A stretch of 62,341 bases of DNA, taken from positions 1 through 62,341 of the IMG/VR virus record IMGVR_UViG_3300042485_001404. One strand, written 5' to 3'. Below are positions 9,800 to 19,306 of this stretch, piece after piece. Source of the DNA: a virus. Taxonomy: Duplodnaviria > Caudoviricetes. Below the pieces are notes generated by a model. That model did no database searches and was not told the origin of the DNA. It worked only from the letters and a program-made list of their open reading frames with translations. A program made the position numbers and the translations under genes. Numbering within the stretch: the first letter of the stretch is position 1; each line of letters starts with the position of its first letter.

Positions 9800-10576
9800 A
9801 TGTCACAAGTACTTGGATACGGATTTGTATCAGATTCAGATGAATCATTAAAAACTAAAAGTGGAGCTAAATTTGGTGGAAACTTTGGAGTAGCAACATT
9901 AGCAAAATTTGCTTATAGCCCTAATGTAGCTAAAGAAGGTCAAGAGCCAAGAGAAGCTATTGAGGTAACTGTAAAAGTTGGAGACAAAGAATACAAAGAC
10001 TGGGTTAATCCTGTAAACAGAGTTGTTGATAAAAACAATACTGAGATTGCAGATAAATCTTCTGTTGAGTATATCAATGGTTTCAATGCTTTGATGTCTC
10101 AACAAAATGCTACAGTAACTCATTACTTGAAAGCAGTAGGGGTAACTGAAGAAGCTTTGAGAGCTGCTTTTATAAACCCAGTTGTATCTTTTGCTGACTA
10201 TGCAGCTAGAATTTGTTCTTTATTACCAATTGGTTTTGATAAAAAACCTCTAGATTTGTTCTTGGAATTTCAATGGAACTTTGGTAAGAAAGCTGATGGT
10301 TCTATCAATGATAAAACTTACCCTACTTTGCCTAAGAACATGAAAGGTGGTTACTTCATTGTTCCTGCTCAACCAGGAGTGTGGATTGAAGAAAGAGCTG
10401 AAAATCAAGCACTTTGTTACAAAAATTCTAATGGACAAAAACATCCATTTGAAAGAGATGCCAACTTTATGACAGGTAACAAAGGTACTCAACAAGTTCT
10501 AGGTCAAACTGCAGCATCAACTGCAATGGGAGCTCCAGCACCTTCAGTAGCTGGTAACCCAGGAGGAAGCTGGTAA
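9800..10576 (+). CDS. putative ssDNA-binding/annealing protein
   Basis: Lies between the Sak4-like ATPase and primase; low-complexity tail ending in Trp. Function inferred from context. Confidence 0.55.
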   Translation: MSQVLGYGFVSDSDESLKTKSGAKFGGNFGVATLAKFAYSPNVAKEGQEPREAIEVTVKVGDKEYKDWVNPVNRVVDKNNTEIADKSSVEYINGFNALMSQQNATVTHYLKAVGVTEEALRAAFINPVVSFADYAARICSLLPIGFDKKPLDLFLEFQWNFGKKADGSINDKTYPTLPKNMKGGYFIVPAQPGVWIEERAENQALCYKNSNGQKHPFERDANFMTGNKGTQQVLGQTAASTAMGAPAPSVAGNPGGSW

Positions 10577-10601
10577 TTAATTAAAATCTAATCTCTTCTA
10601 T

Positions 10602-11630
10602 ATGAGCAATTATCAATACCATTCAGATAACTTAAATAGAAGAGGTTTTATTAGTAAAGAAAGCATCTTAAGTCAAGTGACACAGGAAGAAATCTTTCAG
10701 TTAGTGTTCAAGTTTGCTCCTGAAGAATTTGACTATGTTGTTTCTCCTTTAAGAAGGGATAAAACTCCAGGCTGTTGGTTTAGTTACCATACTACTGGAG
10801 TTCTTTATTTCATTGATTTTGCTAGTAAAAGAACTCATAGTGATTGCTTTAATATAGTACAAGACTATTTCCAATTTCCCAATTTCTATCTGACTTTAGA
10901 ATACATTTACAACACCCTTATTCAAGGGAATGTTGCTCTGAAGCCCATAATACATTCAGAAGAAACTAAGAAATTAGCTAAAGAAAAAGTCAAACTCCTA
11001 ATTGAGGCAAGATCCTTTAGTTCTGCAGATGCACAGTTTTGGTCCCAATATGAGATTAGGAAACAGCACCTGATTGAAGACAGGGTATTTCCAGTTCAGA
11101 AGCTCTTTGCTTTAAACACTAAATCAGGTAGTCATATCATTGACTGTAAGGACATTGCTTACAGTTACAATGATTTTCCTGAAGCTAGAAAGAAAATCTA
11201 TTTTCCTATGAGAGAAGGCAAAAGAAGGTTCCTAACAAATTGTACTAAGAATGATGTAGGTGGCATCAATTCTTTAGTGCCTTATGGGAAAGAACTAATC
11301 ATTGCTAAATCTTATAAAGACTATAGAGTACTGAAGAATAATGGCAAGAATGTGGTATGGTTTCAGAATGAGGGTATGATACCCAATGACTCAATTCTAA
11401 ATGTTTTAATTCAACATTTTGTTTCTGTCATTGTATGGTTTGATAATGATGAACCAGGTATAACAGCCTCTGAAAGAGTCAAGAACTACATTAATACTTT
11501 TATTCCAGGTAAGGCTAAGAATCTTTGGCTTCCTGAGAGAGGTTTAGAGCTGGGTATAAAAGACCCTTCTGATTGCATAGCAAAAGATAAAATTTTATTT
11601 CACAATTTTCTAAAAGATTTTACACAATGA
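10602..11630 (+). CDS. DNA primase
   Basis: N-terminal SPLRRDKTPGC zinc-finger-like region; TOPRIM motifs KSYKD, WFDNDEPG, KDPSD. Confidence 0.88.
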   Translation: MSNYQYHSDNLNRRGFISKESILSQVTQEEIFQLVFKFAPEEFDYVVSPLRRDKTPGCWFSYHTTGVLYFIDFASKRTHSDCFNIVQDYFQFPNFYLTLEYIYNTLIQGNVALKPIIHSEETKKLAKEKVKLLIEARSFSSADAQFWSQYEIRKQHLIEDRVFPVQKLFALNTKSGSHIIDCKDIAYSYNDFPEARKKIYFPMREGKRRFLTNCTKNDVGGINSLVPYGKELIIAKSYKDYRVLKNNGKNVVWFQNEGMIPNDSILNVLIQHFVSVIVWFDNDEPGITASERVKNYINTFIPGKAKNLWLPERGLELGIKDPSDCIAKDKILFHNFLKDFTQ

Positions 11631-12166
11631 ATTTTAAGATTATTCACTCATCTTGGAACCCACTATTATCTGAGTTCAACACAGATGCTTTCTTAACTTT
11701 TAAAAATGAGATTCTAGTAAAAGAAAAATATTACCCTGAAGCTGATGAAGTATTCAGGGTTTTTTCTATGCCCTTGTCAGACATAAGGTTAGTCACTATC
11801 TTAAACAATTTTAGGATAATGAACATTGAAAAGCCTGTGGAACAAGGAGTTTTCTTTCTGCCTGTAACCTTAACAGAGGGAACAGATACAGATCACACAG
11901 AATACTGGGAACCTTTTATTAAGAAAGTCATTTATTTTATTGCAAGGAATCATCCTTGTATTTGGGTTCTCCCAACAACCAAATCACAAAGTTATGCAGC
12001 TAATCTACCTGTTAAAACTATTTTTAATGTGATGAAATATGATGATGAAACAATTCATCAAATTCCTATTAATGTAGATTACAATTATGTGTTTAAAGGA
12101 ATTAATATTAACTATAAGCACATAAATATCTTGCTAAAAAAGCTAGGTAAAAAAGAAATCAATTAG
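11627..12166 (+). CDS. uracil-DNA glycosylase (UNG)-like protein lacking catalytic motifs
   Basis: HSSWNPLL...YYPEADEVFRVFSMPLSDIRLV, QGVFFL..TLT and H...WEPFIKKVI match the UNG scaffold; GQDPY and HPSP are absent. Confidence 0.65.
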   Translation: MNFKIIHSSWNPLLSEFNTDAFLTFKNEILVKEKYYPEADEVFRVFSMPLSDIRLVTILNNFRIMNIEKPVEQGVFFLPVTLTEGTDTDHTEYWEPFIKKVIYFIARNHPCIWVLPTTKSQSYAANLPVKTIFNVMKYDDETIHQIPINVDYNYVFKGININYKHINILLKKLGKKEIN

Positions 12167-12189
12167 TAAACATTTAAAAAAACATTGTT

Positions 12190-12819
12190 ATGAGTACTCA
12201 ACAAGAAAGAGAAATTACTATTTATGCCACTAGAGGTGGTCAAATGAAAAAAATCAACACTGCAGCAACTACTTGGGGTGAATTACAATCTTTAGTAAGA
12301 GCTGAAGGATTTGATTTAAGTTCATTATTAGCAGCAGAAAACATCAACAAGTCTGACTTAGTTAATGATTTAGCTGTGTTACCTACAACTGCTTTTAGAT
12401 TGTTTCTAAGACCAAAACAAACTAAATCTGGTGCAACTCCTGATAGAAAAGAATGTTTTTCTATCATCAAAGCTCACATTATTACATTTCCTGAAGATAA
12501 ACACTTGTTTAATATTGATGGTAAAAATGTAACTCAATTAGCTACACCTGTTGTACAAGAATTAGTAGCTAGATTTTGTACAAGAAGTACAACTTCTCAA
12601 CAAGTTGTAGCTACTCTTGATTCTATTGACAATTCTGATTTATCAGATATTGAAAAAGTTCAAGAAGCTATTGAATTACTTTCTACTTTAAATGAGTATA
12701 GTGCTCATTATGAAGCTTTTGAAGCTTTAGAAGAATTGTTAGAAGAAGTAAAACTTTTTTCTAATGTTTCCTCAGAAGAAGAAGAGTTAGCTAAAGAAGC
12801 TAGAAAGTTAGGTTATTAG
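12190..12819 (+). CDS. ubiquitin-like (beta-grasp) domain, aa 1-81 ending TKSG, fused to a C-terminal helical/acidic region
   Basis: Strand-strand-helix pattern (ITIY, KKINT, TWGELQSLV), LAVLP-x-FRLFLRP-x-TKSG tail; directly upstream of E2, JAB and E1 genes. Confidence 0.75.
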   Translation: MSTQQEREITIYATRGGQMKKINTAATTWGELQSLVRAEGFDLSSLLAAENINKSDLVNDLAVLPTTAFRLFLRPKQTKSGATPDRKECFSIIKAHIITFPEDKHLFNIDGKNVTQLATPVVQELVARFCTRSTTSQQVVATLDSIDNSDLSDIEKVQEAIELLSTLNEYSAHYEAFEALEELLEEVKLFSNVSSEEEELAKEARKLGY

Positions 12820-12827
12820 TATTAATC

Positions 12828-12861
12828 AAGGGCTTATGTAATGTAAGCCCTTTATTTTTTT
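12828..12861 (+). terminator. intrinsic terminator between Ubl and E2-like genes
   Basis: Hairpin AAGGGCTTAT / GTAAGCCCTT followed by TATTTTTTT. Confidence 0.8.
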
Positions 12862-12864
12862 ATT

Positions 12865-14070
12865 ATGAGAAATATAAAAGATAATAATGAGTATGGTTCT
12901 GAAATAAAAAAAATACTCAATAATGCAACTTTAATGGGTCTCCATAAAAACAAGAAGTTTTTAGCTACTTTATTTGACAAGTTTCACATTACAATGCCAG
13001 GACATGCATCTAGTAATAAAGAGAAAGTTAAAGCTGATTTTTTTACCATATTAGATTTATTTGAAGCAAAGTATAAAGACCAAGCTGATTTAGGTTTTCA
13101 TTATGATGAAGACAAAAATATAATGATACCTTACTTTAAAGTTATTTATCCAAAGTTTACTATCACTAATAGTCAAGGAAGATCTCATGTAATAAAAGAC
13201 CTAATTGTATGTCATACTTTTAAATTTGGAAATGGTTGTGTTTATCCTTCTAATTTATGGGGCACAAGATTGTCTAAAACTCATTTAGAAGTTCTATCTG
13301 GATATAATCAAAGTCATTTACCAAGACAGTCAGATTGGGCAAATACTTCTTTTTATTGTCAGCGTTTTTGTATAGGTTCTGACACAGATGTAAGCAGAAT
13401 GTTAGCAGAGTTTGAGGTAGAAATGGATTTAGACAGATATGAGTTATTCTTATTTTGTGTAGACAGTATGGTTACTTGGGAATCTTTAGAGGGTGTACCT
13501 TATATTAAAATGGAAGTAATTACTAATGCAGGATCTGATAGAGTTACAGGTGTTTCTGATGTTCTTATAGATAAAGTAGTTAAAACTATTATAGAAGAAA
13601 AACTTCCTTTAGATGTAGATTTCTATTTAGATGAAGGTATTTATAAAATACTTCCTAATGAAAGAGCAGGAGAATTTGTCAAGAAAATAGTAATAAGAAA
13701 GGTTCAGTTTGAAGAATCAAGAAGAATCCTTGTTAGTAGAGTTCCTAATACTTATGATAACTACTTGATGATGAAAACAGACTCATCTTTAGCAAGAAGT
13801 ACATCTAAGATTAACTCTCCAGATTACATCATTTTTAGGGGTAAAAAAGTCTACCCTAGAATAATTAAAGAAGATAGTAGAACTCAGGTTGCTGCTACAA
13901 TTGAAGACTATATTGTTTATCCTAAATTTTTAAAAAATGTCATTAGAAAACTTGAATACAGAATCTATGAAAAAGCAGTTGTCAAGAATGCAACTAAGCT
14001 CTTTAATACCCGTAGTGATGCCTCTAGAAGTGTTGCATCAGATACAGTATCTGTGCAGATTAATTTCTAA
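12865..14070 (+). CDS. prokaryotic E2-like conjugating enzyme (putative)
   Basis: SHLP (H151) ... FCIG (C169) resembles the HPH...CLG active-site pattern of prokaryotic E2 families; operon context supports it. Confidence 0.62.
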   Translation: MRNIKDNNEYGSEIKKILNNATLMGLHKNKKFLATLFDKFHITMPGHASSNKEKVKADFFTILDLFEAKYKDQADLGFHYDEDKNIMIPYFKVIYPKFTITNSQGRSHVIKDLIVCHTFKFGNGCVYPSNLWGTRLSKTHLEVLSGYNQSHLPRQSDWANTSFYCQRFCIGSDTDVSRMLAEFEVEMDLDRYELFLFCVDSMVTWESLEGVPYIKMEVITNAGSDRVTGVSDVLIDKVVKTIIEEKLPLDVDFYLDEGIYKILPNERAGEFVKKIVIRKVQFEESRRILVSRVPNTYDNYLMMKTDSSLARSTSKINSPDYIIFRGKKVYPRIIKEDSRTQVAATIEDYIVYPKFLKNVIRKLEYRIYEKAVVKNATKLFNTRSDASRSVASDTVSVQINF

Positions 14071-15139
14071 AGTAGAATGGTCAGGTGCTTTATTTTATAC
14101 TACAGAAGGTAGTATTGAAGACCCTTCAACATTTAAAATTACTTTAAAAACAATCCTTCCTTTAGATATGGGTTCTCAAGCCTATACTGAATACAATCTA
14201 GATGATAGATTTATGGATTTTATTGAAGAAGATTTTGAAGAGAGATGTACTTGGAAATTAGGGCATATCCATAGTCATAACAGTATGGCAGTATTTTTCT
14301 CAGGTACTGATATGGCAGAATTAAATGACAATGCTCCAGCACACAACTTTTACTTATCCTTAATTGTAAACAATGCCATGGATTTTATGGCCAAAGTTGC
14401 CTTTATAGGAGAAGCTAAAAGAGATATTAAACAGGTTCCTTATACAGCTAAAAATGTACAAGGCCAAGATTATATCATTGAGAAACAAGACTTTGAAGTT
14501 AACCTTCAAAAGTTGTTTATATATGACTGTGAAATTGATGCTCCTCTGATTAAAGCAGAAGTAGATGCACAATTTGCAGAGCAAGTTGCTAAAATCATGG
14601 AACCTAAACCTGTAAAAACTTTTGCTAAGTTCTCTCCTGATACCCAGACTCAATTTGGAAAAGGATGGGCTAGAAAAGAAGAAAAGAAAGATAAGTTTTG
14701 GGATACACCTGTTAAAAAGCCTTTTGAAGATTGGGACTTCCCTTATTTAGGCAAAGAAGAATATAATTTAGCAGAGTATGATTTAAGAGCTCAATCTATT
14801 TACAATTTTGCTAAGGCATTATTTGGTAAGGTTAGTTGTTTAACTCCAATAGAATTTGAAGAAGCAGAGTTAGAAGATGTCATAGATGAGTTGATTGAAT
14901 ATAGATTTTCTTATGCAGAAATAGCAAAACATATTATAGACAATTATGCTAAAACTTTTGCTATTCATTTTCCTAAAGCTTCTGCTACTGATTTTGTTCA
15001 GTACACAAATGAGTTAGTGGACTTACTAGAAGATTTGATTATGTTCTATCCACAACTTAAATTGACTATCAAAACAATTACATCAATGATTGATAAATTT
15101 ATTTCACATGAGACAAAGGGACACAACACAACAAAGTAG
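13937..15139 (+). CDS. JAB/MPN+ (JAMM) metalloprotease; true start may be 13967
   Basis: E47 (EWSG) and H112-S-H114-x7-S122-x2-D125 (HSHNSMAVFFSGTD), an intact JAMM motif. Confidence 0.9.
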   Translation: MSLENLNTESMKKQLSRMQLSSLIPVVMPLEVLHQIQYLCRLISKVEWSGALFYTTEGSIEDPSTFKITLKTILPLDMGSQAYTEYNLDDRFMDFIEEDFEERCTWKLGHIHSHNSMAVFFSGTDMAELNDNAPAHNFYLSLIVNNAMDFMAKVAFIGEAKRDIKQVPYTAKNVQGQDYIIEKQDFEVNLQKLFIYDCEIDAPLIKAEVDAQFAEQVAKIMEPKPVKTFAKFSPDTQTQFGKGWARKEEKKDKFWDTPVKKPFEDWDFPYLGKEEYNLAEYDLRAQSIYNFAKALFGKVSCLTPIEFEEAELEDVIDELIEYRFSYAEIAKHIIDNYAKTFAIHFPKASATDFVQYTNELVDLLEDLIMFYPQLKLTIKTITSMIDKFISHETKGHNTTK

Positions 15140-15806
15140 ATTTAAAGATGCTCCTTGGTTTCCTAGACACAATGAATTGTGTTTAGTAGGTGGAGCTGGT
15201 GGTATTGGTTCTTGGTTAACCTTTTTCTTAACTAAGATAGGTTTCAAAGTTAATTTGTATGATTTTGATGCTGTAGAAGACCACAACTTAGGTGGACAGT
15301 TATTTCAACAAGCAGATCTTGGGAAACCTAAAGTATTGGCTATGCAAAGTATAATTCGTAACTTTTGTAATGGTAATATCTCTACTTTTAATGAAGCAAT
15401 TACTAGAAATACACCTCATCATTATTACAGTTTTTCTGCTTTTGACAATATGGAAGCTAGAAGAACTTTATTTATGAATTGGAAAGATTCTTGGGGTTCT
15501 GCTGAAAACTTGGATACTCCTATATTCATAGATGGTAGATTAGAGATTGAGCAGTTACAAATATTTTGTGTGACACCTAGAAATGCAGATAAGTATGAAG
15601 CAGAGCACTTATTCCATGACTCAGCAGTTGAAGAAGCTCCATGTACAATGAAGCAAACTTCTCATACTGCAGCTATGATAGGCTCTCTTATGTCAGCTTT
15701 CTTTACTAATCATATTACTAATGTTTATTTAGGTGAGACCCTCAGAGAAGTCCCATTCTATTATGAGTTTGTAGTTCCTATGAACTTCACACAATCTGAA
15801 TTATGA
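15090..15806 (+). CDS. ThiF/E1-like activating enzyme; true start may be 15108
   Basis: GAGGIGSW, DFDAVEDHNL, GKPKV, AFDNMEAR, DGR motifs and candidate catalytic Cys in EAPCT. Confidence 0.92.
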   Translation: MINLFHMRQRDTTQQSRFKDAPWFPRHNELCLVGGAGGIGSWLTFFLTKIGFKVNLYDFDAVEDHNLGGQLFQQADLGKPKVLAMQSIIRNFCNGNISTFNEAITRNTPHHYYSFSAFDNMEARRTLFMNWKDSWGSAENLDTPIFIDGRLEIEQLQIFCVTPRNADKYEAEHLFHDSAVEEAPCTMKQTSHTAAMIGSLMSAFFTNHITNVYLGETLREVPFYYEFVVPMNFTQSEL

Positions 15807-16993
15807 TTACTAGAAGTACCATAGGGTCTATGAAAACTTCCCAGTTTGAAATGACTGCTGTTATTGCTAATGATTACATTCCTTTATTTGCTTTTCAACA
15901 AGCTATAATTCATGATGAAGTTATTGGTTACTACAATAAACCTTCAAGAGAAGATTGTCTTGTTAAAGCTAACACTATTAAAAACATCAGAGATGCTTTT
16001 GAAATGGCTCATAACCCAAGGAAAATCAATATCAATGGCAGGAATTTTATTATAGCTAAAGGAGTTTTTCTTTCAGAGTCAGGGGAAACCCTAATGATTT
16101 GCTCTATGAAGAAAGAACACTTTTTAAATCCAAGTGTAGATAACTTCTCTGATTATTATTCACTTGGTAAATCCACATTCTCCTACTCAAATTATGTTTT
16201 ATTTTACTCCACTTCTTTTTTCACTGACCCTAGTCTAAGTGCCTTAAATAGGAGACTTCAAAAAGAGATGTTACAATTTTGCTATGAAAAAGGAATAGAA
16301 GTCAGAATGCTGCCTTCATCAGAAATTGAAAAGAATACCTTTGCAAAATTATTTGAAGTCAAAAAGACAAAGTCTTTGACACAATTAGAAGCCTACATGG
16401 CACAAGTACTACCAAACTTTTTACACAATGGAGGAGAGGACACCTTTATTGAGCAAGATTTTGAACCAGTAGTATATGAACATGAAGAAGAACTTTCTGT
16501 AGAACAAGAAGCTTTATTGTATGATTCTGAAGCTCAACCTGAAGAAGAATTTGATGATGATGAAATTTGGGATGATGATTTAGAAGCAAATAATGAATTA
16601 GCTGCTGAATTAGCTGAATTAGCTGCTGAAGCTGCTCAATTTGATCAACCTTTAGACCCACCTACTGTAAATACAGAAGATTGGGAAGGAGGTTGGGAAG
16701 AAGCTGAACAAGCTGTTGAAGAATTAGAAAGACAAGTAGAAAGACAATCAGATGAGGAAGTTACCCATATAACTCAACCTTATTCTGAAAACCCTATTTT
16801 ATACAGATTTATGTCATATCCAGTTACACAAGGAGAATGTTATGTCCCTGTTAGAAATGAGGATAACTTTGAGTCTGAAATTGTTAGACAACAACGTAGA
16901 GAACAAATAGAGCAAGATTTTGCTTTATTTAGTCTCCACAATACTGTTACAACTTCTAATCCTTCAATAGAGCTTATTGATGATACAGAATAG
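15803..16993 (+). CDS. hypothetical protein with long acidic C-terminal half
   Basis: 396-aa ORF with ATGA overlap to the E1 gene. Confidence 0.75.
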   Translation: MITRSTIGSMKTSQFEMTAVIANDYIPLFAFQQAIIHDEVIGYYNKPSREDCLVKANTIKNIRDAFEMAHNPRKININGRNFIIAKGVFLSESGETLMICSMKKEHFLNPSVDNFSDYYSLGKSTFSYSNYVLFYSTSFFTDPSLSALNRRLQKEMLQFCYEKGIEVRMLPSSEIEKNTFAKLFEVKKTKSLTQLEAYMAQVLPNFLHNGGEDTFIEQDFEPVVYEHEEELSVEQEALLYDSEAQPEEEFDDDEIWDDDLEANNELAAELAELAAEAAQFDQPLDPPTVNTEDWEGGWEEAEQAVEELERQVERQSDEEVTHITQPYSENPILYRFMSYPVTQGECYVPVRNEDNFESEIVRQQRREQIEQDFALFSLHNTVTTSNPSIELIDDTE

Positions 16994-17036
16994 TTCCAAA
17001 AGGTGTTAAGTGATTTATTAACTCTTAAAATCTTAT

Positions 17037-17549
17037 ATGGGAATTGGAGCAACAAACAAAAGAAAGGGAAGTACTGCAGAGAGATTTTATGCCAAGTTCT
17101 TTAGAGAATTAGGTTTTACTTTCTGTGAAACTTCCCGTTTTGTAAGCAAAAAGCATGACAATGCAAAGATAGACTTGATGTACATTCCTTTTAATTTACA
17201 AATTAAAGCAGGTATTCAAAAAAATATGAATCCTGGTAAGGAATTGTTTATGATGGCTACTTCAATTGCTAGCATGTTTCCTTTAGAAGATGATGTTCAT
17301 AAAAGGCCTTGTTTATTAGTTCACTACAAACAAGGTAAGCCTGGAGTTAAAAGAACTCCAGAGATGGAAATGGTGTATATGTCTATGATACAGTTTGATT
17401 TATTTAGAAGTAAAAGCCCTCAGTTAGAGTACTCTATGCTGAAGGACTTCAAGTTTGACTTGAATTCTGAATTTAAAACTGTTGTAGGCATGACACTAGA
17501 CCATTTTAAAAATGAAGTAATCTTAAAACAATATGTAACATGTCAATAA
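17037..17549 (+). CDS. Holliday junction resolvase-like PD-(D/E)XK nuclease
   Basis: KRKGSTAER...ELGF...IDL...QIK pattern. Confidence 0.7.
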   Translation: MGIGATNKRKGSTAERFYAKFFRELGFTFCETSRFVSKKHDNAKIDLMYIPFNLQIKAGIQKNMNPGKELFMMATSIASMFPLEDDVHKRPCLLVHYKQGKPGVKRTPEMEMVYMSMIQFDLFRSKSPQLEYSMLKDFKFDLNSEFKTVVGMTLDHFKNEVILKQYVTCQ

Positions 17550-18691
17550 TTGTAGCTACAAAACAACAAGTACAAGAGTACTATGAGACTGATGCCTTAG
17601 GTCAGTCTAAATTAAAATTATTATTAGGAGATTTGGGTTCTTTTCACAAAGAATTTGATTCTTCAGCAGAGCATTTCTTAATAGGTTCTGCAGTAGATTG
17701 TATTTTAACTAATTCAAAACAAGCTTTTGAAGAAGACTATTACATATCAGAGATAGAAAAACTACCTTCTGATGCTATAGTAGAGATTCTAAAGTTAGTT
17801 CACAATGAGTTATTAGAAGACTATGCAGAACATCTAGAAGTAATTATAGGTCAAGAGAATCCTTTACCTGTAACCCCTTTCTATCAATTTGTAGGAGAGT
17901 TGAAAAATTGGGCAGCATACATTCTAGATGCTTGTGAGAAAACAGGTTGGCAACCAAGATGGGGTGATGATGCTAAATTAAAGAATGTAATAGAACCTGG
18001 TTCTGAGTATTTCTTAGATTTATGCAAGGCTTTTGGAAAAACTGTAATAAGTAAAACTCAAGCTAACACTATCCTATCTATTGTTGACTCCTTGGAGACT
18101 AGTCCAAGAACCTCAATTTTCTTTAACAGAGAACTTTATGGACAATTACCTGAAAGTCTAACAGTTTACTATCAATTTCCTATTTACTTTGAGTATAGAG
18201 GAGTTAGTTGTAAAGCCTTGTTAGACATGGTTTTTGTAGGTAGAGATGAGGAAGGTAATCTATTAAGTGTTACAGGAGTAGATTTAAAAACTATGAATGG
18301 TAACACTTTCTATTTCCCTAGTAGTGTAAGGGCAAGAAGATATGATATCCAAGCTGCTTGGTACACTCTTGCTTTACAAACACATTTTGCAATTCCAGAA
18401 GATTCTAGTATTATGAAACCTTTCCAATTTGTTGTGGAGTCTACTTCATATCAAGGAAAACCTTTGAATTTTGTTGTTGATGCTTCCTTATTAAAAATGG
18501 GAAGATTTGGTAGAAAAGCTGTTATGTCTAATGAAGATTTTATGTCAACTACACTTCAATATGAAATCAAAGGCTTTGAAAAACTCTTAGATCTCTATAT
18601 TTATCATTCTGAGAATGGTTTTAGAGAAGAAAGAGAAATTCAAGAAGCAGGGGTTGAACCACTAGTAATCAACTGGGATGGTGTTATCTAA
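17540..18691 (+). CDS. RecE/ExoVIII-like PD-(D/E)XK exonuclease
   Basis: GSAVD, CKALLD, VDLKT, YDIQAAWY motifs. Confidence 0.8.
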   Translation: MSIIVATKQQVQEYYETDALGQSKLKLLLGDLGSFHKEFDSSAEHFLIGSAVDCILTNSKQAFEEDYYISEIEKLPSDAIVEILKLVHNELLEDYAEHLEVIIGQENPLPVTPFYQFVGELKNWAAYILDACEKTGWQPRWGDDAKLKNVIEPGSEYFLDLCKAFGKTVISKTQANTILSIVDSLETSPRTSIFFNRELYGQLPESLTVYYQFPIYFEYRGVSCKALLDMVFVGRDEEGNLLSVTGVDLKTMNGNTFYFPSSVRARRYDIQAAWYTLALQTHFAIPEDSSIMKPFQFVVESTSYQGKPLNFVVDASLLKMGRFGRKAVMSNEDFMSTTLQYEIKGFEKLLDLYIYHSENGFREEREIQEAGVEPLVINWDGVI

Positions 18692-19304
18692 AGTAGCTGA
18701 ATCAAAAATGGAAATAGAGATTGGGAAATTATACATTAACAGAACTGTTAAGTATTTAGTTCCTGGTCTTGGTTTCTATGGACCTACCTTAAAGACTAAA
18801 CTAAACTTAGTCTTTAAGTTGGCCTTTGGTGTACATGATGCTCTTTTAGAAGGGTCTCATTTAGAAGGACAAAAGAATATCTTTATTCTTGTAGACAAAT
18901 TGGTAAGACCTGAATTATTCCAAAACTTTATGGATTGGGTAAAACATCAGGAATACTATGTGACAGACTATACCTATGATTCAATCATGGAAGCTCACAG
19001 TAGAAAACACATGATAGTACTAGCTTATCCTCCTTCAATGGGAGATACTTATGATAAGTTTTTACGAGGAAAGTACAGCAAAATGTACACTAAAAAGGAA
19101 GTTACTGATTATTTTCTAGAGGAATCTAAGACAGAAGCAAGACAAGTTTTTTATAAGACAGTTCATGCTAAGGATAGATTTATTTCTTTAATTAAGAAAA
19201 CCTTTGGTACTCAACTAGAACCACAAGACTTTTTGAAAGGCTTTTGGGAGTTTGATCTCCCACCTAGTAAAGAAGAAGAATTTTTTAACACATTTAAAAT
19301 TTAA
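18678..19304 (+). CDS. hypothetical phage protein
   Basis: 208-aa ORF; contains F-x-x-GKYSKMY. Confidence 0.72.
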   Translation: MVLSKVAESKMEIEIGKLYINRTVKYLVPGLGFYGPTLKTKLNLVFKLAFGVHDALLEGSHLEGQKNIFILVDKLVRPELFQNFMDWVKHQEYYVTDYTYDSIMEAHSRKHMIVLAYPPSMGDTYDKFLRGKYSKMYTKKEVTDYFLEESKTEARQVFYKTVHAKDRFISLIKKTFGTQLEPQDFLKGFWEFDLPPSKEEEFFNTFKI

Positions 19305-19306
19305 TT

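Noticed and set aside
15090-15806. ThiF as a thiamine or molybdopterin biosynthesis gene
   Set aside because: No pathway genes nearby; neighbours are JAB, E2-like and Ubl genes.
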